Below the pieces are notes generated by a model that worked only from the letters and a program-made list of their open reading frames with translations, did no database searches and had not been told where the DNA came from. DNA of 64,000 bases from Terriglobia bacterium (lineage in GTDB: Bacteria; Acidobacteriota; Terriglobia; 20CM-2-55-15). The position numbers were made by a program, and so were the translations under genes. The number at the start of each line of letters is the position of its first letter. The stretch's first letter is position 1. Where the stretch lies: NCBI GenBank assembly GCA_965218585.1, contig CBDCLE010000022.1, forward strand, positions 1 through 64,000. Direction: 5' to 3'. Positions 49,502 through 59,250 of the stretch are shown here, in pieces.

Positions 49502-50359
49502 GCAGACGTACAAAGAATACGAGGGCACCCGGACGCACCCGAGGTGGCGCTTCTGGGTGCTCACCCGGTATGCGTTTCAGCAGGTGTTTGCCTGCGGCCG
49601 ATGCTGATCTACTTTGTCCTCTGTTACGTCCCCATGCTCGTCGGGGGTGGGGTCATCTATGTGCGACACAACCTGGACGTCCTGAATGCGTTCCAGATCC
49701 CTGTCGACGAGCTCCTTGTCATCAACGCGGAATTCTTTGCCGCTCTCATGGGCATCCAGTCGATGCTGGCGTTCTTCATGGCCGCCGTCGTCGGCCCGGG
49801 TCTGGTTTCTCCCGACCTCACAAACGGCGCCTTGCCGCTCTACCTGAGCCGGCCGTTTTCACGGACGGAGTATGTCCTCGGGAAGTTCGCGGTCCTGGGT
49901 GTTCTGCTTTCGCTGATTACGTGGGTGCCGGGAATGCTCCTCTTTCTGATGCAGTCCAGCCTCGAAGGCTCGGCCTGGTTCTTTTCGAACCTCCAGATCA
50001 GGGGAGCGATTTTCACCGGAGCGTGGGTCTGGATCCTTACGATTTCGCTGCTGGCCCTGGCCCTGTCGGCCTGGGTGCGATGGAGACCGGTGGCGATAGG
50101 CATGACGTTCGGCGTCTTCTTTGTCGCGGCCGGCTTCGGCGGCGCGTTCAACGGGATTCTCGGCACCGATTGGGGCCTGATGATGGTGCTCCCGGTGGTC
50201 ATGACCACGATCTGGCAATGGCTGTTCATAGGTGCCGTTGCCGCGGGGAACTTTTACCCACTCCCTCTGTGGAGCGCCTTGTTGTCGCTCGCGATCGCCT
50301 GGTCGGTGAGCCTCGTTCTGCTCTCCCGCAAGATTCGAGCCTATGAGGTCGTTCGATGA
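49488..50359 (+). pseudogene. ABC-2 type permease, frameshifted near 49590
   Basis: ATG 49488 ([11 protein letters not shown]...) stops at about 49605. The conserved body (LYLSRP...YVLGK) continues in another frame. Confidence 0.75.
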
Positions 50360-51309
50360 GCACCGAACTGGGCCGGGAGATCGTATTCTCGAACGCGTCG
50401 AAGTTCTACGGAGAAATCCTCGGGGTTAATAAGGTCAACCTGACCATCGGACCTGGAATCACGAGCCTGGTTGGCCCGAACGGCTCGGGCAAGACGACCT
50501 TGATGAACCTCATGTCAGGCCTGCTCCAACCCAGTGAAGGATCGGTCAGCGTTCACGGCAGGACGCCTTCCGAACCCGAGGGTTTCTATAAGCTGATCGG
50601 CTACTGCACGCAGTTCGACTCTTTCCCAAAAGGACTGACCGGATTCGACCTTGTCCATTCCCTGCTGCGGCTCCACGGGCGGAGCGCGGGCGAAACCCGG
50701 GACATGGCCTGGGCTGCAATCGAACAGGTCGGCCTGACCGATGCCGCCGACCGGCGGGTTGGGGCCTACAGCAAGGGGATGCGCCAGAGAATCAAGCTGG
50801 CGACCGCCATCGCCCACCACCCGTCCGTTCTGATCCTGGATGAGCCGCTCAACGGGTTGGATCCGATGGCCCGGGACGAGTTCATTGGGCTGTTTCGAGA
50901 TCTTGCTGCCAAGGACCTGCATGTCATTGTTTCCAGCCACATCCTGCACGAGGTGGACATGATCTCGGACCAGGTCGTGATGATGAGTCACGGTTACGTC
51001 GTCGCCGAGGGGGAGATCCAGGGTGTTCGGCACGAGATGGACGAATATCCAATCAGCATCCTCGTCCGTTGTGATCGGCCCGTCGTGATCGCTGCCCAGG
51101 TCTTCAACAACGACCATGTCGTTGAAGCCAGAATCAGCGACGACGGGCGCGGGGTCGTCGTGCGGACCCGGAATGTTGACGACTTCTATCTCTTCTTGAA
51201 TCGTATCGTCCTCGACGAAGGGCTCAACGTTGAAGGTGTCACACCGACCGACGAGGATGTCCATTCCGTCTACAACTATCTCGTGGGAGCGAACGGAGCC
51301 CAGACATGA
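50356..51309 (+). CDS. ABC transporter ATP-binding protein
   Basis: [17 protein letters not shown] and LDEPL motifs. Confidence 0.92.
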   Translation: MSTELGREIVFSNASKFYGEILGVNKVNLTIGPGITSLVGPNGSGKTTLMNLMSGLLQPSEGSVSVHGRTPSEPEGFYKLIGYCTQFDSFPKGLTGFDLVHSLLRLHGRSAGETRDMAWAAIEQVGLTDAADRRVGAYSKGMRQRIKLATAIAHHPSVLILDEPLNGLDPMARDEFIGLFRDLAAKDLHVIVSSHILHEVDMISDQVVMMSHGYVVAEGEIQGVRHEMDEYPISILVRCDRPVVIAAQVFNNDHVVEARISDDGRGVVVRTRNVDDFYLFLNRIVLDEGLNVEGVTPTDEDVHSVYNYLVGANGAQT

Positions 51310-52163
51310 GTCGAACCGAAACGGCAAACTCCGCCGTTGACCGGGTCAAAGCGTTTCCATGGAACCTCTGGACCCGGCAAACCCTGGCGGTCACGCGCTT
51401 CGAAGCACGGAAGAGTTTTGCGGGGCGGAGGTGGATCGCGGCATTCCTGCTGGCAGCAGGTCCTATGTTCCTGCTCTTCGTCCGGCTCCTGATCGTGGAA
51501 TCGCCAGAAGACGTCGGCGAATTGAGCCTCATCTTCGCCGGCATCTTCCAATCCTACGTCCTGCGGTTAGCCATCTTTTTCGGCTGCGTCGGTGTTTTCA
51601 CGCAACTCTTTCGGGGCGAAGTCCTGGAGAAGACCCTGCACTACTACTTACTGGTGCCTGTGCGGCGTGAGGTCATCATGACGGGCAAGTACCTCGGTGG
51701 CCTCGCCAACGTGTCTGTTCTCTTCGTCGTGAGCACGGCCGTGAGCTACGTCCTGATGTACATACCCTCGGGTCCGGGCGTTATGGAAGCGCATTTCGTC
51801 AACGGACCCGGCTTGGAACATGCCCTGACCTATTCGGGCGTCGCGTTTCTGGCGTGTGCCGGTTACGGCGCCGTGTTCATGTTGATGGGAATCCTCTTCG
51901 CCAACCCGATCATTCCAGCCGTCCTCGTTCTCGGGTGGGAATCGCTGAATATCTTTCTGCCGGCCACGCTGCAGAAGATCAGCGTGATCCACTACCTGCA
52001 GTCCATCTGCCCCGTCCCCTTGCCCTTCGGCCCCCTGGTCGTCATCACCGAACCCACATCCCCCTGGATCTCGGTTCCCGGACTGCTCGTGATGACGCTG
52101 CTGGTTCTAGCCGCAGCCGCCTTTAAGATGAGGCGGGCAGAAGTGATCTATTCGATGGATTGA
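51306..52163 (+). CDS. ABC-2 type permease
   Basis: About six TM helices with [14 protein letters not shown]...GKY; ATGA overlap with the upstream gene. Confidence 0.85.
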   Translation: MSRTETANSAVDRVKAFPWNLWTRQTLAVTRFEARKSFAGRRWIAAFLLAAGPMFLLFVRLLIVESPEDVGELSLIFAGIFQSYVLRLAIFFGCVGVFTQLFRGEVLEKTLHYYLLVPVRREVIMTGKYLGGLANVSVLFVVSTAVSYVLMYIPSGPGVMEAHFVNGPGLEHALTYSGVAFLACAGYGAVFMLMGILFANPIIPAVLVLGWESLNIFLPATLQKISVIHYLQSICPVPLPFGPLVVITEPTSPWISVPGLLVMTLLVLAAAAFKMRRAEVIYSMD

Positions 52164-52242
52164 TGATGAGTTGGGGGTAGTCCTTGACGAGATCGGAACG
52201 GACCGACGGCACGTTTCATTGACCACTAGCCAATTCCCCTGG

Positions 52243-53486
52243 TCAAGTAACCGGCCCCCGGGTGTTGAATTCGGGATTTTGCCAGACGCCTGTCTCGAGC
52301 ACATCGCGCAGGATTTCCACCCCATCCCAGATATCCGTGTAGCGCAAGTATAAGGGTGCCACGCCGAACCGCAAGTTCCCCGGCTCACGGTAGTCACCGA
52401 TGACGCCTCTGCTGATCAGCGCCTGCATAAGCCGTTGTCATGGTGGAACGACACCTGGCTCGCTCGGGACCGGGCATCGCGCGGGCTGACCAGTTCCATG
52501 CCGTGCCCACCGCAGCGGCTCTCCACGAGCTCGATGAGCAAGTCGGTCATGCGTACGGATTTTTCCCGGATGGCCTCCATATCTGCACGGCGCATGATGT
52601 CGATCCCCGCCTCGGCCACGGCCAGGCTCAACACCGGTTGGGTTCCGCCGAGCATCTGCCGGATGCCCGGTGCGGGCCGGTAGTCGCGCTCGAAGGCGAA
52701 CGGCTCTCTATGACCCCACCACCCGGTGAGCGGTTGCCGGTACTGGTCCAGGTGCCGCGCGGCTACGAATATAAAAGCAGGACTTCCGGGCCCGCCGTTC
52801 AGATACTTGTAGGTGCAGCCCACGGCAAAATCCACATCACAGGCGTTGACGTCCACCCCCATCGCGCCGACCGAGTGGCAGAGGTCCCAGACCGCCATTG
52901 CGCCAACCCCGTGGGCGAGCTTGGTCAGCGCCGCCATATCCAGGACCCGTCCCGACTTGTAGTGGACGTGGGTCAGACAGATCGCAGCAACGTCTTCGTC
53001 GATCGCGGACCGGAGTTCATCGGCCTCGGCAAACCGGATCTGGTAGCCGTCGCCAAGTTGTCCGACCAGCCCCTGGACTACATAGTTGTCCGTCGGGAAG
53101 TTGTCCCCTTCCATGACGATGATTCGCCGTTCCCGACGGTGCTCGAGTGCCGCTGCGAGGGCCTTGTAGAGATCGATCCCGGTGGAGTCCGTCACGACGA
53201 CTTCGTCGGGCTTCGCGCCGATGAGGCTCGCGATCTTGCCGCCGAGCCGAAGGGGTAGGTCGAACCATCCCGCCTCGTTCCAGCTCCTTACCAGACCCTC
53301 TGCCCATTCCTTTTCCACGACTTGACGGGCGAGCTGGCGGGCAGCCACGGGCATGGCGCCGAGAGAATTTCCGTCGAAATACAGAACACCCTGAGGCAGT
53401 ACGAATTCCGCCCGGAAACTCGCCAGCGAATCATCGCGATCGAGTCGTTCCTGGTCTTCGCGGGCCATTTCGTTGACTGGTTTCAT
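52243..53486 (-). pseudogene. kynU: Kynureninase, frameshifted near the 3' end
   Basis: YFDGNSLG, WDLCHS and GCTYKYLNGGPG. The C-terminal [19 protein letters not shown] is out of frame after DNG (about 52430). Confidence 0.85.
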
Positions 53487-53582
53487 CGGGAACCGCGGAT
53501 GTTTGCCATGCCGTTTGTGCCGCGCCACGTGTTGGGCGGCGTTCTGGGCGGCTATCGGTTGAGCCTGTGCTCAATCACTGTC

Positions 53583-53987
53583 TTAAGAGATCGGTCGACG
53601 AAGCGACGGTGTATAGCTGAGGCCTATGATCAAGCCTTCCGGGCTGATGAGTCGAGCAATCGTTTGTCCCCAGGGTTCGAGCTTCGCAGGATGGAGAAGT
53701 TGACAACCCTTGACTTCGAGTTCCTTCGCGGCCACTTCAACATCGGCTACCTCAAACTCGATGCATGCCTGCGGAACAGGAACGTCGTTTGGCCATTCAT
53801 CAGTTCCAAAACACGACTTCGCCGCTCGGGCGAGTGACCAGAGGCCGAAATGCTTAACGCCTTCGAGCTTTTCGGTCATCGGATAGTCGCCCTCAAGGGG
53901 CAGGTCGAGCGCGTCCACGTACAGCCGCTTGCTGGCCGCCATATCGGCTACCACCGGGGCAAACCCAGCGACGAATAGGATCTCCAT
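53583..53987 (-). CDS. VOC/glyoxalase-family protein
   Basis: PQACIEFEV, EPWGQ and SPEGL motifs. Confidence 0.85.
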   Translation of the reverse strand: MEILFVAGFAPVVADMAASKRLYVDALDLPLEGDYPMTEKLEGVKHFGLWSLARAAKSCFGTDEWPNDVPVPQACIEFEVADVEVAAKELEVKGCQLLHPAKLEPWGQTIARLISPEGLIIGLSYTPSLRRPIS

Positions 53988-54065
53988 GATTCGCTTCTGC
54001 CTATTTCAGATTTCTGCTGTGGGGCTGTCGGTTGACGTTGCCCGGGCGCCTCGCCCCTGGGCCTT

Positions 54066-54818
54066 TCAAGCCCGCTCGAGGGGATGCCACACCGCGTGCA
54101 ACAGAGCGTGGGCGACGATGGCGGCCAGAAGGCCATACTGCCAAAACAGCCATCCGAATGCCAGTGCCACCACCATGTTCAACGCGATCGCCCCAACCAC
54201 GATGAGCTTGGTGATCTCGACGCCCACCGCCATCGCGCCAGGAAGGTGGCCGAGTCCGAAGAGCATGCCGGCGACCACGATGGCCGTCCACATGCCCGGG
54301 CCTGCCGGCATGCCGACGACGCTGATCGCAAGCCATGCCATCACCGACATGACGCCCCAGCGGAACATCACCTCCTCGGCCACTCCGCCCACCAGCAAGC
54401 GGCCGAAAAGCCCCATCGAGTTCCTGAGCCCCTCGGTGCGGGCAACGTCGGGGACAGCCATCCGGGGCCGTAAGACCCGGTAGTAGGCCAACAGGAACAC
54501 CGAGGTGCTCACCGCCCCAACGATGAGTGCAGCCGGGAGTTGAGCCGCCGCCTCGCCCAACCCCAACCCCTCGCCATGAGAGACGGCCGCAAACCACGGC
54601 GCCTCAAAGCCGGTCCTGTGGGCCAGGGCTGTGCCTGCGGCCGCCAGCCCCACCGCGAAGAGAGATTGCTGGGCCGTCGCCCCCGCAATTACCATCGGGA
54701 CGGGCGTCGTGATGTCACCCCTGTGGCTCAATATGCCCTTAACCTGCCTGGGCACTACCAAAACGATCGCTACCACAGCGGCCAGGCTGATCAGCATGAA
54801 GAGCGGAACGTCGAACAT
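54066..54818 (-). CDS. CPBP (CAAX/Abi) intramembrane metalloprotease
   Basis: AEEVMFRW, FGLGH and AHALLH motifs. Confidence 0.88.
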   Translation of the reverse strand: MFDVPLFMLISLAAVVAIVLVVPRQVKGILSHRGDITTPVPMVIAGATAQQSLFAVGLAAAGTALAHRTGFEAPWFAAVSHGEGLGLGEAAAQLPAALIVGAVSTSVFLLAYYRVLRPRMAVPDVARTEGLRNSMGLFGRLLVGGVAEEVMFRWGVMSVMAWLAISVVGMPAGPGMWTAIVVAGMLFGLGHLPGAMAVGVEITKLIVVGAIALNMVVALAFGWLFWQYGLLAAIVAHALLHAVWHPLERA

Positions 54819-54966
54819 CAATTTACCCTTCTTAAGGGTGAGCCTCTGCCTGGAAACGAGCACGGGCAAGCCCGGCTGGATGCTGTTAGATGAAGCGCGG
54901 AATTTCAGCTCTAGATTCTGGGACAGTGCGAAGGCTTGCGGGGGGGGGCGAGCCTAACAATAGCTG

Positions 54967-55005
54967 TAGCTACTTTCGGGCATGCCTTGCGCCCGAAAGT
55001 AGCTA
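54967..55005. terminator. 15-bp perfect hairpin after the NHL gene (terminator or REP-like)
   Basis: tagctactttcgggc / gcccgaaagtagcta with a 9-nt loop, just downstream of the stop; no clear U-tract. Confidence 0.55.
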
Positions 55006-55013
55006 AGCCAGTG

Positions 55014-56261
55014 CTAGTCTGAACTCGGCCAGAGGACTCCCTGGTTTCCCTTGGTGACCTGCCCGATCCCCTTGTACACGAACTTCTGGAGTCGTTTGCC
55101 TTCGTAAGTCTCCGTCGTATAGATGTTGCCCTCGGAATCGGTTTCGATGCTGTGCACGGCGAAGAACTGGCCGGGCTGGCGCCCACCGTCGCCGAAGCTC
55201 GTCAGGACTTCCATCGTCTCCCGGAGGAGGATGTACACCTTCATGTTCTGGCCGTCGGCCAGGTAGATGTACTTCTGATCGGCATCCTTCGAAAAAGCGA
55301 TGTCCCACGTCGAACCCTGGTTCAGAGTTTGCGGCGCGATGAATGCTTCCTCCACAAACGTACCGTCTCTTCCGAACACTTGTATCCTGTCGGCGGCACG
55401 GTCGCACACGTATACAAGGCCGTCGGCAGAGACCTTGGCACAATGCACCGGGCCCCGGAACTGTGGTGCCGGGGGCGCATCCGGACTGTAGACGCCCAGG
55501 TCCACGCTGTCGTCCGGCTTGTTGCCGTATGCCCCCCAGTAACGCTTGAACTCGCCCGTGTCGGCGTCGAGAACGACGATGCGTTTGTTGAAGTAGCCGT
55601 CCGATACGTAGGCTTCGTTGGTTTCCGGATCGACGGTGACCTGGGCCACGCGTCCGAAGCTCGCCATGTCGTTGCTGTTCCGGGTCATGACAGACACTTG
55701 CTCACCGTCATCGTTGGTCCGTGTCCCTGTGACGCGGGCGCCGGGCTCTCCGATCTGCAGCAGGAACTTGCCGTCACGGCTGAACTTCAGGATGTGAGCG
55801 TCGTTGCCGCCGTTGCCGCCGATCCAGACGTTGTCCTTGTGGTCGACCCAGATCCCGTGGTTGGATGACGGCCAGTCGTACTCTTCGCTCGGACCGCCGA
55901 AGTAACTCACCAGGTTGCCCTCCGGATCGAACTCGAGGATGTTCGGTGCAGGGATGCAGCACTCGCTGACCGGAGGGTCGGTTGTGGCTCCGATCTCGGT
56001 GCGCTCGGTGAAGGTGGTCCGCCGGTGGATGACCCAGACATGGTCACGCGAATCGACCGTCACACCAATGGTCGAGCCCATGATCCAGTGGTTCGGCAAC
56101 GGCTTTGGCCAAAACGGGTCGACCTCGAACATGGGCGCTTCGACGCCGGCCTGTCTTGCGGCAGCACTTCGTTCGAGCACGACGGCGCCGACCCCCAGCC
56201 CGACCATGAGCGCGAGTAGCGTCACACCGGTAACGAGATTAGGCTTTCGCGTCATTTTCAT
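55014..56261 (-). CDS. Secreted NHL-repeat (PAL-like) protein
   Basis: FEVDPFWPKPLP, HGIWVD, DGYFNKR, VHC and VCDR motifs; GAGGAG RBS. Confidence 0.85.
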   Translation of the reverse strand: MKMTRKPNLVTGVTLLALMVGLGVGAVVLERSAAARQAGVEAPMFEVDPFWPKPLPNHWIMGSTIGVTVDSRDHVWVIHRRTTFTERTEIGATTDPPVSECCIPAPNILEFDPEGNLVSYFGGPSEEYDWPSSNHGIWVDHKDNVWIGGNGGNDAHILKFSRDGKFLLQIGEPGARVTGTRTNDDGEQVSVMTRNSNDMASFGRVAQVTVDPETNEAYVSDGYFNKRIVVLDADTGEFKRYWGAYGNKPDDSVDLGVYSPDAPPAPQFRGPVHCAKVSADGLVYVCDRAADRIQVFGRDGTFVEEAFIAPQTLNQGSTWDIAFSKDADQKYIYLADGQNMKVYILLRETMEVLTSFGDGGRQPGQFFAVHSIETDSEGNIYTTETYEGKRLQKFVYKGIGQVTKGNQGVLWPSSD

Positions 56262-56474
56262 CTCCTCTTCCCCCGGTTCACAGGGGTCAGCAGTATAGAA
56301 CTCAGGATCTTCTGTGTGGCGAATTGAGGCGCCAGTATAACGGAAAATTGGGGTAGCGACCATTTTCATCATGCGGCTGCAACGCGGGTCCGAGCGGGGG
56401 CAGAACCGCACAGCGGATCCGACTTTACCGGTGATTTTCGGTTGTCAGCCGCCTCCGCAGCCAACTACTCTACG

Positions 56475-57851
56475 ATGGTGTTCGAGCTACACTCCGGAAC
56501 CCATCAAACGCACCGAACCAGCTGGCACGTCCTCGGTCTGACCCCGGTCCTGGTCTTACTTCTCCTGCCGTCTGCCGCCGCTGCGCATGAGGTTCCCAAT
56601 GACGTAACGGTTCAGGCGTTCGTCCGGCCGGAGGGTGAGCGACTGCGGTTGCTGGTTCGCGTGCCTATAGAGGCACTCGCCGAGGTGGACTGGCCGAGGT
56701 TCGGTCCGGGCTATCTGGACCTTGCGGCTCTCGAATCGGTTCTTGATGACGCCGCAACACTTTTGATTTCTGGCAACCTCGAGTCCTACGAGGATGGCGA
56801 CCCGCTTCCCGAACCCCGCGCTGTTCAATTCCAGGTTTCGATACCCTCCGAGGGTTCCTTTGCGTCTTACGAAGAAGCCCTCGCACACGTCCGCGGACCG
56901 GGATTGCCCGAGGATACGGAACTGTTCTGGGAGTCGGGGATGCTCGACATACTGTTCGAGTATCCCATCCGGTCGGAGCGATCTGATTTCTCGATCGACC
57001 CCAGTTTCGAGCGCCTGGGCTTGCACATACTGACAGAGCTTCGCTTTCTGCCGCCGGACGGCACGGTTCGCGAGTTCGGGCTAGGGGAGCATCCGGGCCG
57101 GGTCCAGCTCGACCCGCGATGGCACGATGTCGCCCTCGGATTCGTCCAGGCGGGATTCGGGCACATCCTGGGCGGGATCGATCACCTGTTGTTCCTGCTG
57201 TGTCTGGTGATCCCATTCCGCCGGTTCGGTCCACTCCTTCTGATCGTCACTTCATTTACCGTCGCACACACGGCAACGCTGATCGCGTCGGCCTTCGGCC
57301 TCGCCCCCGACGCGTTGTGGTTCGCGCCGCTGGTCGAGACGCTGATTGCGATGTCGATCGTGTACATGGCACTGGAGAACATCGTTGGAGCCAAGATCGA
57401 GCGCCGCTGGATGATTACCTTCGTATTCGGACTGATCCATGGACTCGGCTTCTCGCAAGGGTTCGGGGAGACGTTTCAGTTCGCCGGATCCCACCTTCCG
57501 ACGTCACTGCTGTCCTTCAACGTCGGTGTGGAACTGGGGCAGATCCTGGTCCTGTTGCTGGTGATTCCGGCACTGGGCCTGCTCTTTCGCTACGGCGTAG
57601 CCGAGCGCGTCGGGATCGTCGTTCTTTCCGTCCTGGTCGGCCACACGAGCTGGCACTGGATGGTCGAGCGGTGGGGAGAGTTGATCCAGTATCCGATGCC
57701 CGAACCCACCGCCTCAATGCTGGCGAGTGCCATGAGATGGCTGATGCTGATCATTGCACTGGGAGGAGCGGTGTGGCTGTTCTCCGGCGTTCTTCGACAA
57801 TGGATCGGGGTGGGTGGGGAGGACAGGGAAGCGATCGGCGGGCCCGACTAG
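56475..57851 (+). CDS. HupE/UreJ-family membrane protein with an N-terminal periplasmic domain
   Basis: AAA|HEVP, GHILGGIDHLLF, SFTVAHT, FGLIHGLGF and FNVGVELGQ motifs. Confidence 0.88.
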   Translation: MVFELHSGTHQTHRTSWHVLGLTPVLVLLLLPSAAAAHEVPNDVTVQAFVRPEGERLRLLVRVPIEALAEVDWPRFGPGYLDLAALESVLDDAATLLISGNLESYEDGDPLPEPRAVQFQVSIPSEGSFASYEEALAHVRGPGLPEDTELFWESGMLDILFEYPIRSERSDFSIDPSFERLGLHILTELRFLPPDGTVREFGLGEHPGRVQLDPRWHDVALGFVQAGFGHILGGIDHLLFLLCLVIPFRRFGPLLLIVTSFTVAHTATLIASAFGLAPDALWFAPLVETLIAMSIVYMALENIVGAKIERRWMITFVFGLIHGLGFSQGFGETFQFAGSHLPTSLLSFNVGVELGQILVLLLVIPALGLLFRYGVAERVGIVVLSVLVGHTSWHWMVERWGELIQYPMPEPTASMLASAMRWLMLIIALGGAVWLFSGVLRQWIGVGGEDREAIGGPD

Positions 57852-57861
57852 ATCGGGGCAG

Positions 57862-59064
57862 CTAGCGGGCGACGATCTCCACACCTTCCACGACGTCATC
57901 GCTCGGGTGGACGATTACGGGATCCGATTCGGAGAGGCCTGAAACAACTTCGGCCTCGAGGCCGTTGCGGCGGCCGAGTTCAACCGGACGGAGTACGGCC
58001 ATTCCTTCTGCGACGGAGAACACCGACCAGTCTTCGCCTGTGCGGAAAAGGCTGCTGGTCGGGACCTTGAGAGCATCCCCGGTTTCCCATACAACGATGC
58101 GAACTTCGACGCGATATCCGTCACCGAGGTAGCTGGCGGCCTCTTCCTGGTTGTCGAAATCTATGATGACGTTGACGCGTTGTTCTTCGACACCGAGTGC
58201 GGAGAGCTTGGTAAATCCCGAAGGTTCCACTAAACGAACACGCCCCTCGAGTGTCATCCCACCGCCCCACTGCTCGATCAGAACCCTGTCGCCGTTCCCG
58301 ATTTGAACCGCATCGGCCGAGAGCAGGTCCGAAACGATTTCTATCTGTGAAGTATCTCCGATTTCTACTAGAGGTTCGCCCGAGGGCACGACGGCTTCGC
58401 TTTCCCTGAGGCGACGGAGGACGACGCCGTTGATCGGGGACCGAATCGTAATCGGCTCTCCGCTTTCACTGGAGGCGATGTCTTCGACCGCGCTCACGAG
58501 ACTGGCTTGGGCCACCTCGACCGCACGTTCTGCGTCACGGATTTCCAATTCCGCCGTGTCGTAAGCCTCTCTCTGTCTGCGCGCTTCAAATTCGGCGGTG
58601 TCGAAGCTTTCTCTGGAAATCAGCCCCTCCTCAAGTAACTCCCCGTAGCGTTCCAACTGAGATTCGGCAAAGTCACGCTCTTCTCTGACGCGATCCAGAT
58701 TTGCGGTGACGCGATCGACTGCGGCCTCGGCTGCGCGAACCCGTGCTTCGGCTTCGGTCTGGCTTCGAACGTCGAGAAAAGCAGGTCCGGTGGGAAGGAA
58801 CGTCGCCACCGGCGTGCGGCCGGCCGCCACGGTGTCACCGGGTTCGAGGTTGATCCTGAGGATACGGCCTGCCAGTGGTGCGGATACGACAAAGCGATCG
58901 CGGATTCGGGTCTCGCCCTCTTCATCGATCGTGACCTGCATAGGGCCGCGGACAACCTGATCGAAATCCACTCCTACCGGCTGCGGGCGGAATGCGTACA
59001 CGAACGCTCCGACTATTGCCGCCAGAAGCAGAAGAAACAACACGCGTGTGAGAAAGCGTCTCAT
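57862..59064 (-). CDS. Efflux periplasmic adaptor (HlyD/MFP)
   Basis: N-terminal anchor, SAPLAG, coiled coil, RSPING and SALGVEEQRV. Confidence 0.9.
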   Translation of the reverse strand: MRRFLTRVLFLLLLAAIVGAFVYAFRPQPVGVDFDQVVRGPMQVTIDEEGETRIRDRFVVSAPLAGRILRINLEPGDTVAAGRTPVATFLPTGPAFLDVRSQTEAEARVRAAEAAVDRVTANLDRVREERDFAESQLERYGELLEEGLISRESFDTAEFEARRQREAYDTAELEIRDAERAVEVAQASLVSAVEDIASSESGEPITIRSPINGVVLRRLRESEAVVPSGEPLVEIGDTSQIEIVSDLLSADAVQIGNGDRVLIEQWGGGMTLEGRVRLVEPSGFTKLSALGVEEQRVNVIIDFDNQEEAASYLGDGYRVEVRIVVWETGDALKVPTSSLFRTGEDWSVFSVAEGMAVLRPVELGRRNGLEAEVVSGLSESDPVIVHPSDDVVEGVEIVAR

Positions 59065-59076
59065 GGTTTAGTGTCT

Positions 59077-59250
59077 AGTGTCCTTTCACTCCCGTAGCGT
59101 TGCGCTCGAACCCTTGGGCCGATGGGGGTTGCTGTCGATGTCTTTGTCACTCGTTGGTCACGATGAAAAAGCATCGTTCCCTCCTCACTCCTCGATCTCG
59201 CCTGGCAAGACCCATCGGCGAGTGTGACGCTACTGGGGTGACAGGACACT
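59077..59250. repeat. About 174-bp MITE/REP-like palindromic element inside the efflux operon
   Basis: 32-bp terminal IR with 26/32 identity (59077-59108 / 59219-59250), plus inner stems. Confidence 0.75.

Noticed and set aside
54952-55005. Integron attC site (GCCTAAC/GTTAGGC beside a hairpin)
   Set aside because: No complementary core site at the other end, no extrahelical-base pattern and no integrase.
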